Source of the DNA: Candidatus Sulfotelmatobacter sp.
GTDB lineage: Bacteria > Acidobacteriota > Terriglobia > Terriglobales > Acidobacteriaceae
Reading direction: 5' to 3'
NCBI GenBank assembly: GCA_049513475.1
Contig: JBEKWC010000011.1
Location: 45,664-109,663, forward strand
Length of the DNA stretch: 64,000 nucleotides
Shown piece by piece: positions 36,314-45,630 of this stretch (the stretch's first letter is position 1; each line of letters opens with the position of its first letter). The notes below the pieces were generated by a model that ran no database searches, was not told the origin of the DNA, and saw only the letters and a list, made by a program, of their open reading frames with translations. The translations under genes were made by a program, and so were the position numbers.

Positions 36314-36329
36314 CAGATCTGAGCCTATG

Positions 36330-36830
36330 ACTGTCGCAGCTTTGCGCCTTCGGTAAAGACGTTGATCGCCGGACGCGGAGGCATCTCCGGAGACCGCGTA
36401 AGCCACAGCGGCTGCGATGAGAGCGATAAAGGCATGTCCACCCGTTGCTTCGGCTACGAACACAACGACGGCGAGCGGCGTTTGTAGCCTGCGGAGAGAA
36501 ACGACGCCATACCAACCGCTGCGTAGAGCTCAGGAACCGGGTTGCTGACGATCCTTTGCGCGCAGGCGGTTCCAAGCTTCCTCCCACCAGAAATAACGGC
36601 ACGAACAGCGCGCTTCCTCATTCGGCAGCCAGAGTAACAAGCGTGGCGGCGAGCTTCAGGACGCTACCGGGGGCCACAACTTGCCCAGAATGATGACGAC
36701 GACTCCCGTGATTACCAGGCCAGGAATCAGGCCGATGATTGGAGCGATGATGAGCCACTCGCGCAGATGGCGAGCGTAGACCTGAGCCAGATCTTCGCGA
36801 ATTAGGAAGCTTATTTTCGGAGCGGATGTG
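36330..36830 (-). pseudogene. Remnant of a ClC-family chloride channel gene (internal deletions, stops and frameshifts)
   Basis: Minus-strand fragments in different frames: HLREWLIIAPIIGLIPGLVITGVVVIILGKLWP*, VLKLAATLVTLAAE*, ALFVPLFLVGGSLGTACAQ...AAVGMASFLSAGYK and PLAVVVFVAEATGGHAFIALIAAAVAYAVSG. Only about 150 of the expected 430+ codons remain. Confidence 0.6.
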
Positions 36831-36902
36831 CGACGAGTCGATGGACCTTTCGTTCTGTTTTTCCGGAGATTCGATCCGTAGATTTTTCGCGGCTTTTGCG
36901 GT

Positions 36903-37364
36903 TTATGGTTGTTTGTTCGAGGGTAAGGCAGGATGGGAAGAGGAGACCTCAGTGCCTTCGCGCATGATGCGGCGCAGGGTGGCCACGAGCTCGGGTCCGG
37001 CGGAGCGCAGTTCCTCGTGGTGGTGAAGAGCGAGTTGACCGAGAATTTTCTCGCCTTTCGGGGTCAGCGCGAGCAGGACTTCGCGGCGATCGCCTTGGGC
37101 ACGAGTGCGGTGAACGAAACCTCCGGCTTCGAGGCGGTTCACCAACTCCACCGCGCTGTTGTGGCGGATTTGCATGCGGTGGGCCAATTCGCCGATCCGT
37201 GGCCGAACTCCGGGCGGGAGGCCCTTGATGGCCAGCATCAGCTGATACTGGCCGCGCTCGAGCCCCGCCTGCTTGACCACCTGCTCGCTGAAGTGGAGAA
37301 AGCGGCGAATACAGTAGCGGAACTCCGCCAGCGCCTGGTAGTCCGACAAGGTCAGTTTTTTCAT
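36903..37364 (-). CDS. MarR family transcriptional regulator
   Basis: 153 aa from the ATG at 37364. Winged-helix pattern (QYQLMLAIKG...IGELAHRMQIRHNSAVELVNRLE..GFV.R..DRREVLL.LT.KG). Confidence 0.8.
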   Translation of the reverse strand: MKKLTLSDYQALAEFRYCIRRFLHFSEQVVKQAGLERGQYQLMLAIKGLPPGVRPRIGELAHRMQIRHNSAVELVNRLEAGGFVHRTRAQGDRREVLLALTPKGEKILGQLALHHHEELRSAGPELVATLRRIMREGTEVSSSHPALPSNKQP

Positions 37365-37406
37365 GCGGGTGATTGTGTCGTGCTGCGATCCCCTGCCAGG
37401 GGATAG

Positions 37407-37425
37407 TATATCGTAAGACGATATA
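37407..37425. promoter_or_regulatory. Candidate MarR operator palindrome
   Basis: TATATCGT-AAG-ACGATATA (perfect 8-bp arms) in the marR/purB divergent spacer. An adjacent CCCCTG-C-CAGGGG palindrome lies at 37390-37402. Confidence 0.45.
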
Positions 37426-37523
37426 TGACAGGCAGCCCGGTGGCGTGCGCTCTGGCCTCTTCTTCGTCCTCCATTTAGAATCCTCTGTCCTAGTTCATTC
37501 CCGCCGACAGGAGCGACTTCACT

Positions 37524-38885
37524 TTGATCCCGCGCTATACCCGCCCGGAGATGGGCCGTATTTGGAGCGACGAAAACCGGTTTCGCACCTGGCTGGCGGT
37601 GGAGGTCGCGGCCAGCGAGACCTTGGCCGAAGCGGGCATGGTGCCCAAAGAGGCAGCCCGTGCCATCCGCGAGCGCGCGGATTTTCGCGTGGAGCGCATC
37701 CATGAGATCGAAGCGGAAGTTCGCCACGATGTGATCGCCTTTACGACCGCGGTGGCCGAAATCGTGGGGCCGCATGCGCGCTGGTTTCATTATGGATTGA
37801 CTTCCAACGATGTAGTGGACACGGCGCAAGCCTTGTTGATCAAGCAAGCGTCGGCGCTGATCGCGGAAGATCTGCAACGCTTAGCGGACGTCTTCGAGCG
37901 CCGCGCCTGGGAGTTCAAAGACACGCCGATGGTGGGACGCACGCACGGCATTCACGCCGAGCCCATCACCTTCGGGTTTAAGTTGGCCAACTGGTATTCG
38001 GAGACGCAACGCAATATCGCGCGCTTTGCCACCGCGGCTGAGGACATGCGGGTGGGAAAGTTTTCGGGCGCGGTCGGCATCTTTGCGCATCTGACGCCGG
38101 AGATTGAAGAGAAGATTTGCGCCCGGCTGGGGTTGAAGGCGGCGGCGATTTCGTCCCAGGTGATTCAGCGGGACCGCCACGCAAACTATCTGGCGACGCT
38201 GGCGGTGATCGCCTCAACCCTGGACAAGATTGCAACCGAGATTCGGCACTTGCAGCGCACTGAAGTGCGCGAGGCTGAAGAGTTCTTCAGCGAAAAGCAG
38301 AAGGGATCCTCCGCCATGCCGCACAAGCGGAATCCAGTGACCGCAGAACAGATCAGCGGACTGGCTCGCGTGGTGCGCGGCAATGCCCAGGCGGGATTTG
38401 AAAATGTTGCGCTGTGGCATGAGCGCGATATTTCGCATTCTTCGGCGGAGCGGATCATTTTGCCGGACTCGACCACGCTGGTTGACTACTTGCTCAATAA
38501 GGCAGCGAGTTTAGTCGAGACGATGTTTGTCTATCCCAAACGCATGCGCGCCAATCTGGAGAGCACGGGGGGGCTGATTTTCAGCGGGCAGTTGCTGCTC
38601 GATCTGGTCGAGCACGGGGTGTCACGCGAGGATGCATACCGCATCGTGCAAGGGCACGCCATGCGCGCCTGGAAGGAAGGATTGGACTTTCGGCAGTTAG
38701 TGCTGGCCGACAAGGAGATCACGGGCAAGGTTCCGCGCAAGCAGATTGAATTTGCTTTCGATCTCTCTCGCCAACTGAAAAATGTGGACAGGATTTTTGC
38801 CCGAGTCTTTCAAGGCGATGGCGAGCGCCAGGCAAAGTCCGGAGAGAGGCCAAAAAAAGTGCAAGCCGGAAAGCGGCGCGGCTGA
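37524..38885 (+). CDS. purB: Adenylosuccinate lyase
   Basis: TTG start. MIPRYTRPEM..IWSDE, and the fumarate-lyase signature SSAMPHKRNP. Confidence 0.92.
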   Translation: MIPRYTRPEMGRIWSDENRFRTWLAVEVAASETLAEAGMVPKEAARAIRERADFRVERIHEIEAEVRHDVIAFTTAVAEIVGPHARWFHYGLTSNDVVDTAQALLIKQASALIAEDLQRLADVFERRAWEFKDTPMVGRTHGIHAEPITFGFKLANWYSETQRNIARFATAAEDMRVGKFSGAVGIFAHLTPEIEEKICARLGLKAAAISSQVIQRDRHANYLATLAVIASTLDKIATEIRHLQRTEVREAEEFFSEKQKGSSAMPHKRNPVTAEQISGLARVVRGNAQAGFENVALWHERDISHSSAERIILPDSTTLVDYLLNKAASLVETMFVYPKRMRANLESTGGLIFSGQLLLDLVEHGVSREDAYRIVQGHAMRAWKEGLDFRQLVLADKEITGKVPRKQIEFAFDLSRQLKNVDRIFARVFQGDGERQAKSGERPKKVQAGKRRG

Positions 38886-38906
38886 GCCGGTCCTGGGCGG
38901 GCTCGC

Positions 38907-39917
38907 CTACTTCTTTTTCTGGGGCAGATATTTTTTCTCGATCGAGGCCACCACCACGTAGTTGGGATCGACCATTTCGTTGAGATGAATCTTCGCCACC
39001 TTCGACAGCAGTTCATACGCATCCAGCTCCGACAATCCGTAGTCTTTGTGAATCCAGTGCACGAGTTCCGTGAAGGCGATGCGGAGGGCGTCATCCAGCG
39101 GGCGATAGGCGCCGACGGTCATGATGGCGTCGTCGTTTTCGAATTGGGGCCAGGCTATGGTGCGGCCTTTGATAACGCTAAGCTGGACGCGCGCTTTGAG
39201 CGGGACTTCAATGGCCGTGCCGGCGATTTCGCCGTCTCCCATAGCGGCGTGACCGTCGCCCACGTAGAACAATCCTCCCGTAACATTCACTGGAAAATAA
39301 ACGGTGTTGCCGACGCTGGCTTCGGGCGAGTCCATGTTGCCGCCGAACTCCGCCGGGACCACGGAACTGCGGGCCTCACCCTTGGCCGGCGCGACGCCGA
39401 TGCAGCCGAAGAAGGGATGCAGGGGAATCTTCACCGAGAAATCGGAATCGAGCGCCTGGAACAGAGCCGTGTTGGCAGAGTGATCGATGCGATAAAACCA
39501 GATGCGCTCCGGTAGCGGAGGATGCAGCATGGGCGTGTAGCTAGTTTCGTTGAGAGCTCCGAAGCCGGGGGCGAAGGCGCCAACGCCGGTGTCGCCGTCG
39601 ACCTGCAGATCGAGGATCTTGACGGCGAGCGTGTCCCCGGGTTCTGCGCCTTCCACGAAGAAGGGGCCGGCCAGGGGATTGTCGCCCTTCGACATACTCA
39701 GAGTGTCGCCGGGTTTCTTTAGCGCGTTGCCGAAACAGTCGAGCGTGTTGGTGTCGAGGATGTCGCCTGCCTTGAGGCGCACCACCGGCTCCGCGGTCGC
39801 GAACAGATATTTGACGTTGTCAATGGTTGTGCGGTAATGGACGACGTTTCCCATTTGACCGTGCAGCATGACCGAAAGCGACAGCACAAAGCCCAGCAGA
39901 GTTAATTTTGTGTTCAT
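38907..39917 (-). CDS. Acetamidase/formamidase family protein, secreted
   Basis: ATG at 39917 gives a signal peptide, MNTKLTLLGFVLSLSVMLHG. FmdA/AmdA-like blocks (NPLAGPFFVEGAEPGD, GGNMD). Confidence 0.75.
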   Translation of the reverse strand: MNTKLTLLGFVLSLSVMLHGQMGNVVHYRTTIDNVKYLFATAEPVVRLKAGDILDTNTLDCFGNALKKPGDTLSMSKGDNPLAGPFFVEGAEPGDTLAVKILDLQVDGDTGVGAFAPGFGALNETSYTPMLHPPLPERIWFYRIDHSANTALFQALDSDFSVKIPLHPFFGCIGVAPAKGEARSSVVPAEFGGNMDSPEASVGNTVYFPVNVTGGLFYVGDGHAAMGDGEIAGTAIEVPLKARVQLSVIKGRTIAWPQFENDDAIMTVGAYRPLDDALRIAFTELVHWIHKDYGLSELDAYELLSKVAKIHLNEMVDPNYVVVASIEKKYLPQKKK

Positions 39918-40045
39918 TGTGTTTGCCGTCCTGGAATCCGGATCGCGACGGCAGCGACCGGCATGATCATTCTGAAAGATATCAGAATCATCGATGCAAA
40001 GGAGAGCCGGACGACTGGGGTTTCGCAGTCGCGGATCGAATGTCA

Positions 40046-40633
40046 CTAGGGCACGGTAACCACGAGAGCGGTGCAGGGTTGGCTGCCTTCGCGCTGATAG
40101 CTGTGATGCTGGCTGGAATCGAAGTAAATGGAATCGCCGCTTTCCAGTTGATATTCTTCCATGCCGATCTTCAGGTTGAGCGTGCCCTTCAGCAAGCAGA
40201 GAAATTCTACGCCGGGATGGCTGTGGGTTTTCAACTTCTCCTTGGCGATGGGCTGAAAATCGGCCTGGTAGGCGCTGAGCTTTTTCTCGGTCGCGGGGTA
40301 ATCGAGGCTTTCGAAGAAATAGGAAACGTCGGAGGTGCCGGGACGCTCCGGAAATCGTCGCCGGTCTTTTTTGCGTACGATGGCGACCACGTGGCGTTTG
40401 CGTTCGTCGGTGAAAAAGTATTCCAGGCCGACTCCGAAGACCATCGCAATCCGCAACAGCGTGGGCAGAGTCGGATAGAGCTTGCTGCGTTCGAGCTTGG
40501 ACAACAAGGCTGCCGATAGTCCGGTGTGCTTTCCCAATTCCACCAACCCCATGCTCTTCTTCAGCCGGAGGGCGCGGAGTTTTTCTCCGATCGAGTAGGG
40601 TTTTAATGCGCTAACAATATTGTCGGATAACAA
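40046..40633 (-). CDS. XRE-family HTH regulator with a C-terminal cupin domain
   Basis: IGEKLRALRLKKSMGLVELGKHTGLSAALLSKLER (HTH_3) followed by a cupin region (HSHPGVEFLCLLKG...GDSIYFDS..HH). Confidence 0.8.
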   Translation of the reverse strand: MLSDNIVSALKPYSIGEKLRALRLKKSMGLVELGKHTGLSAALLSKLERSKLYPTLPTLLRIAMVFGVGLEYFFTDERKRHVVAIVRKKDRRRFPERPGTSDVSYFFESLDYPATEKKLSAYQADFQPIAKEKLKTHSHPGVEFLCLLKGTLNLKIGMEEYQLESGDSIYFDSSQHHSYQREGSQPCTALVVTVP

Positions 40634-40687
40634 GCGATGCTCCCCTCATTTTTGCGTAACAGTAGTGAGTCTTTTGACTTCTTTTTT

Positions 40688-41737
40688 CTAAACAGCTAGT
40701 GCCCGGCGGGGCATTAGACAGCAATCTGCCGGACAAACGTCCGGGCGCGCTGCCAGGCCGCCAAGAGCGAGTCTTGGGCTACTCTCGTCCAGACGCTCAC
40801 CGATCAACTCGCGGACCATGCGAACGAAGCGGGGGTGCGTCCCCACGGTCTCGGCGCGTACCATGTTCAACCCCAACTCGGAACAGAGTTCGCGCGCCTG
40901 TGTATCCAGGTCGAAGAGGATTTCCATGTGATCGGAAACGAAGCCAATCGGCGCGATTACAACATCGGACGTTTTTCCGCGAGTGTTGAAATCGCGCAGG
41001 TAGTCAACGATGTCCGGCTCCAGCCAGGGCTCTGAGGCGGGCCCACTCCGGCTCTGATAGACGAGTTTCCAGTCCCGATGTCCCAATGCGTGCGCGACCA
41101 GGCGACCGGTCTCCTGGAGCTGAACTTCGTAGTCGCAGCCTTGCGCCATGCCGAGAGGAATGCTGTGCGCGGTGTAGATCAGATGAGCCGCCTCGCGCCG
41201 ATCCGATGGAAGCCGGTCGAGCGCTTGCCGCACGCGATCGGCGAGGGCCGCAATAAATCCGGGATGATTGTGGAATACGCGGATCTTGTCGATGACCGGC
41301 GCGCCCTCGCCGGCAGCGGCCTGCGCGTGCGCGATATTCTCGCGGTATTGGCGGCAACTGGAGTACGAGCTGTAGGCGGAAGTGACGAAGGCCAGCGCGC
41401 GGCTCACGCCATCGGCTTTCATCTGGCGCAGAGTGTCGGCGAGCAGGGGATGCCAGTTCCGGTTTCCCCAATAGATGGGCAGGCGGGGCCCGTACTGGAT
41501 GAGTTCGGCGTTCAGCGCCGCGATGAACTGCCGGTTCTGGCCGTTGATCGGACTCTTCCCGCCGAAGTGGTAGTAGTGCTCCGCAACTTTGAGCAGGCGC
41601 TCGCGAGGCACATTTTTTCCACGCAGCACGTTCTCGAGGAACGGCATCACGTCCGCGGGCTTTTCGGGTCCGCCAAAAGAGATCACCAGAATTGCGTCGT
41701 AGTTCATGCCGTTTTCAAAGTGGTTCGACTCATTCAT
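40688..41737 (-). CDS. hemH: Ferrochelatase
   Basis: 349 aa. ILVISFGGPE, YTAHSIP and the conserved C-terminal acidic/His region. The start overlaps the bcp stop by 4 nt (ATGA). Confidence 0.88.
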   Translation of the reverse strand: MNESNHFENGMNYDAILVISFGGPEKPADVMPFLENVLRGKNVPRERLLKVAEHYYHFGGKSPINGQNRQFIAALNAELIQYGPRLPIYWGNRNWHPLLADTLRQMKADGVSRALAFVTSAYSSYSSCRQYRENIAHAQAAAGEGAPVIDKIRVFHNHPGFIAALADRVRQALDRLPSDRREAAHLIYTAHSIPLGMAQGCDYEVQLQETGRLVAHALGHRDWKLVYQSRSGPASEPWLEPDIVDYLRDFNTRGKTSDVVIAPIGFVSDHMEILFDLDTQARELCSELGLNMVRAETVGTHPRFVRMVRELIGERLDESSPRLALGGLAARPDVCPADCCLMPRRALAV

Positions 41738-42294
41738 TGCGGGGCTGGGATTTGCTTCTGCAAGTCGGTCAAGGCGGACAACACTTCCGCGCTGTGCTGA
41801 CTGGGATTGACCTCCGTGAATACCTTTACGATCTTGCCGTCCGGATCGACGATGAAGGTATGCCGGGCGGCGAATTTCACCAAACCCAGATTCGTCAGAG
41901 AACCGTATGCGCTGGAAACTTTATGATCGGTGTCGGCGAGCAGTTTGAAGTTCAATCCTTCTTTGGTGCAGAACTGCTGGTGAGAAGCGGCGCTGTCGAC
42001 GCTGACGCCCAGAACGACCACATTCCTCTGCTGATATTGCGCCTGGTCGCGCTGAAAGTTGTGCGCCTCGATGGTGCAGCCGCTGGTGAAGTCTCTGGGG
42101 TAGAAGTATAGGACCACCCATTTGCCGCGATAATCCTTGAGGCTGACCGGCGCACCTTCCTGCGAGGTGAGCGTGAATTCGGGCGCGGTCGCGCCCACTT
42201 GCGGCGTAGACGCTGCCAACAACGTAACCGGCAAGGCTGCGATCGCAAGCAGCGAACCAAGCAATAGCCGACGAACCGCGCCTGGTCGCGTCAT
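41734..42294 (-). CDS. bcp: Secreted Bcp/PrxQ-type thiol peroxidase
   Basis: ATG at 42294 gives a signal peptide. Active site YFYPRDFTSGCTIEA. The start overlaps the upstream methyltransferase stop by 4 nt. Confidence 0.85.
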   Translation of the reverse strand: MTRPGAVRRLLLGSLLAIAALPVTLLAASTPQVGATAPEFTLTSQEGAPVSLKDYRGKWVVLYFYPRDFTSGCTIEAHNFQRDQAQYQQRNVVVLGVSVDSAASHQQFCTKEGLNFKLLADTDHKVSSAYGSLTNLGLVKFAARHTFIVDPDGKIVKVFTEVNPSQHSAEVLSALTDLQKQIPAPQ

Positions 42295-43556
42295 CGAGAT
42301 TCCTGCTGCCATGGGGTCTCCGTTTCCGGCTCGTGGATTGCCATCCATCTGTTGCCGGCGGTCGCTTTGCCGAGCACGAGCTGGACATCGCCGATATAGC
42401 GCTCGCGGAATGCACCCTCGCAGTAGGCCAGGTAGTAATCCCACATGCGCATGAAGCGTTCGTCGAAGCCCAGGGGACGCACGTCACCGAGGTGGGCCAG
42501 AAAGCGGCGCCGCCATTCGTTCAAGGTGAGCGCGTAATGCATGCCGATATCTTCCAGGTGGAACAGTTGCATGCCGGTGGCGCGGGCCAGCGAGCGTTGA
42601 ATCTCGACCACGGAAGCCAGTTCTGCGCCGGGGAATATGTATTTCTTGATCCAGTCGCTCTGTTTTTTATATTGCTGAAACTTCGCTTCCCGAATGGTGA
42701 TGGTTTGCAGCAACATGTTGCCATCCGGTTTCAGTAGGCGATCGCAGGCTTCGAAGTAATCGTCGTAGTGTTCGTGGCCTATGGCTTCGAACATTTCGAT
42801 GCTCACGATCTTGTCGTACTGGCCGGTGAGGTTGCGGTAGTCATCGAAGAGCAATTCGATCCGTTCGCCAGCGCGGCTGCGCGCGAATACTTCCCGGGCA
42901 TAATCGTGCTGCTGCCGGCTGATCGTGGTGGTGGCGATACGGCAGCCGTAGGCTTCGGCAGCATAGGCGGCGAAGCCTCCCCAGCCGGTGCCGATTTCGA
43001 GAACGTGGTCGTTGGGAGCTAACTCAAGTTTGCGGCAGATGCGATCAAACTTGCGAAGTTGGGCGCGCTCGAGCGTATCGTCCGCGCTCTCGTAGTAGGC
43101 GCAGGAGTAGGCGAGATTGCGATCCAGGAAAAGGCGATAGAAGTCGTTGCCCAGATCGTAGTGATACGCGATGTTGCGCCGACTGCCGGAGTGAGTGTTG
43201 CGGTGGCGGCGATGCTGCAGGAAATCGAGGAATCTACGCAACGCGGTGAAGAGGCGGTTGCCGTTTTCCAGTTGGTTGAGGTTTCGTACGGCGAGGCGAA
43301 CCACGGCGACCAAGTCGGGAGTGGACCATTCGCCTTCCATGTAGGCCTCGCCGACTCCGATGTCGCCAGCGAACAAGGCGCGCTGGAAGAAACGGTCGTC
43401 GTGCACGGCTACGATCGCGTGCAAGGAGTCCTTCGGTTCCGGCTGGCCTAACTCGCCAAAGCTGTACGTCGCTTCCGGACAAACGATGTCGAGGCAGCCC
43501 ACGTGCAAGCCTGACAGACTCCTCAGGAAGATTTTCTTGGCCAGAGTCGTAGTCAT
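42291..43556 (-). CDS. cfa: Cyclopropane-fatty-acyl-phospholipid synthase-family SAM methyltransferase
   Basis: SAM motif VLEIGTGWGGFA and CFA-synthase-like flanking blocks. ATG at 43556, 2 nt after the DUF1365 stop. Confidence 0.85.
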   Translation of the reverse strand: MTTTLAKKIFLRSLSGLHVGCLDIVCPEATYSFGELGQPEPKDSLHAIVAVHDDRFFQRALFAGDIGVGEAYMEGEWSTPDLVAVVRLAVRNLNQLENGNRLFTALRRFLDFLQHRRHRNTHSGSRRNIAYHYDLGNDFYRLFLDRNLAYSCAYYESADDTLERAQLRKFDRICRKLELAPNDHVLEIGTGWGGFAAYAAEAYGCRIATTTISRQQHDYAREVFARSRAGERIELLFDDYRNLTGQYDKIVSIEMFEAIGHEHYDDYFEACDRLLKPDGNMLLQTITIREAKFQQYKKQSDWIKKYIFPGAELASVVEIQRSLARATGMQLFHLEDIGMHYALTLNEWRRRFLAHLGDVRPLGFDERFMRMWDYYLAYCEGAFRERYIGDVQLVLGKATAGNRWMAIHEPETETPWQQESR

Positions 43557-43558
43557 CT

Positions 43559-44356
43559 TTATTCCGCTCGCCATGAGGCCCCCCAATGCTGCGCAGTGGC
43601 GCGTTCAAAATGGCCCTTTCCCGGATGCGGTACGACCGGGACTTTCTTCAGGAACAGCCGCAACGCTTGCCAGTGAATGGCGGCGATCACTTTTGCCGTC
43701 ACCCAAGGGAAGCGCAGCAGCGCGGTGTGCAGGTCACGCGGCGTCCATTCGCGGCGTTCCAGTTTGAGCGTGGAATCGAAAATCTCGCGTCCGCCTTCAT
43801 AGCTCACGCTCTCGGTAATCAGGCGCTCGCGGGGCGAAGTAAAGGTCCAATCGTATTCGTGACCAAGCTTCATGAAGGGCGATACGTGGAACGTCTTGGC
43901 GAAACGGTAGTGCTTGTTCTCACTCCTAGGGTGGTCGGCCGTATGCGTCAGCCAGTAGTTCTCGGTTTCTCCGAAGGTGTTGTTCACCTCGGCCACGATC
44001 GCTTGCAGCTTGTCTGCCAGGTCGTAACAGTAATAGAACGAGACCGGGTTGAAGTTATAGCCAAGGTAGCGGAGATGCGTGAGCAGGAAGATTTGTCCTC
44101 GGGGAAGTTCAGCGTTGTGCTGCTGGGCATCGCGGAGCAGTCTTTCGCGCAAACCCTTTTGCGGATCTCCGAAGTGATCGCGATCATGGTATGAAACCCA
44201 GTTCCAACGGTTGTAAGCAGCGAGCGGCGAGACCTTCATCAGCTCGGGCAAGCGATCGATGTCGAGAAAGGCCATGAACAGCGGATATGTAAACTCATGG
44301 CGAGCAGGGAAGAACCTGCGATGACGCAAGGTTCCGGAATAGATTGCGGATTCCAT
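43559..44356 (-). CDS. DUF1365 family protein
   Basis: MESAIYSGTLRHRRFFPARHEFTYPLFMAFLDIDRL is the characteristic DUF1365 N-terminus. The start overlaps the upstream stop (TGATG). Confidence 0.8.
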   Translation of the reverse strand: MESAIYSGTLRHRRFFPARHEFTYPLFMAFLDIDRLPELMKVSPLAAYNRWNWVSYHDRDHFGDPQKGLRERLLRDAQQHNAELPRGQIFLLTHLRYLGYNFNPVSFYYCYDLADKLQAIVAEVNNTFGETENYWLTHTADHPRSENKHYRFAKTFHVSPFMKLGHEYDWTFTSPRERLITESVSYEGGREIFDSTLKLERREWTPRDLHTALLRFPWVTAKVIAAIHWQALRLFLKKVPVVPHPGKGHFERATAQHWGASWRAE

Positions 44357-45630
44357 CAGGCCTCCGCCACTTTCGCCACCACTTGCCACGACGCGCCTAG
44401 CCGATCGGCGACGCGGATCGCGGAATTCAATCCATCTTCGTGAAAGCCGTAGAACCAGTATGCACCACAAAAGTGCGCGCGATTGCGGCCGCTGATCTCC
44501 TGCCAGCGCGCCTGCGAGCGCACCGCCTCCAGCGTGTAAAGAGGGTGAAAGTAAGCCATCTCCCGCAGAATCTTTTTTTCTTCGAGGGATGGAGTGTCGT
44601 TGAGAGTGACGCAGTAATCTTCGGCGGTGGGCAGGCTCTGCAGGCGGTTCATGTGATACGTGAGCGTCGCCCGGTGGCGCCTGGCGCCGAGGTGATAATT
44701 CCACGAGGCGCGCGCCCGCGGCCGGCGGGGCAACAGGCGCGAATCCGTATGAAGCACGGTTTCGTTGCGGCTGGTGCGGAAGCCGGAGAGGACCTGTTTC
44801 TCGAGCGGCGACGCGTCTTTTAGCAGTTGTAAAGTTTGCGGCGCGTGACAGGCGAACACGACTTCATCGAAGTGTTCGGGGGCACGGTCTTGGAAAGAAA
44901 TTTCCACTCCTGACGGTGTGCGGATCACTCCGTCCACCTTTGCCGCCAAGCGAATTCGTTTCTGGTACGGCGCGGTAAGAGGTGGAATATAAGTCCGGCT
45001 GCCGCCTTGCAGCACGTACCACGGCGGGGCCGAAGTGAGGCCAAGCAATCCGTGATTCTCAAGAAAACGAATCAGGGTAAAGGCGGGGAAGTCTTCGATC
45101 TCCTCCGGCGAAGTGGACCACACCGCCGCGGCCATGGGATGCAGGTAGTAGCGCGCGAAGTCGCCGCGAAATTGATGCGCTTGTAGATAGTCCCGCAAGG
45201 TGAGGCCGGCGCCGGCTGGATCGTGCAGCAGTTGGCGAGCTTCGCGATGAAAGCGCACGATCTCGGCAAAGAAGCGATAGTGCGCGGGACGAAACCAGTT
45301 GCGATTGCCGGCGAAAAATCCGGCGATCCCGCGGCTGCTGTATTCAAATCCGGTTTCGCGGCAGCAAACTCCGAACGACATGTCGCTCGGTTGCCGGGCC
45401 ACGCCCAACGTCCGAAAGAGCCGCACCAGATTCGGATAAGTACGATCGTTGTGCACCATGAAACCGGTATCGATGGGCAGCACGCCGCGGCTGGTTTCAA
45501 TTTCGTGGGTGTGCGTGTGGCCACCGAGACGTTCGTCTTTTTCGAACAGCCACACTTCGTGTTTCTGGCTAAGCAAGTAAGCGGCCGCCATTCCCGAGAT
45601 GCCCGAGCCAATCACGGCGATGCGACTCAT
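44356..45630 (-). CDS. NAD(P)/FAD-dependent oxidoreductase (amine-oxidase-like, COG2907 type)
   Basis: IAVIGSGISGMAAAYLL...LFEKDERLGGHT dinucleotide-binding fold. 424 aa. ATGA overlap with the desaturase stop. Confidence 0.85.
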   Translation of the reverse strand: MSRIAVIGSGISGMAAAYLLSQKHEVWLFEKDERLGGHTHTHEIETSRGVLPIDTGFMVHNDRTYPNLVRLFRTLGVARQPSDMSFGVCCRETGFEYSSRGIAGFFAGNRNWFRPAHYRFFAEIVRFHREARQLLHDPAGAGLTLRDYLQAHQFRGDFARYYLHPMAAAVWSTSPEEIEDFPAFTLIRFLENHGLLGLTSAPPWYVLQGGSRTYIPPLTAPYQKRIRLAAKVDGVIRTPSGVEISFQDRAPEHFDEVVFACHAPQTLQLLKDASPLEKQVLSGFRTSRNETVLHTDSRLLPRRPRARASWNYHLGARRHRATLTYHMNRLQSLPTAEDYCVTLNDTPSLEEKKILREMAYFHPLYTLEAVRSQARWQEISGRNRAHFCGAYWFYGFHEDGLNSAIRVADRLGASWQVVAKVAEA

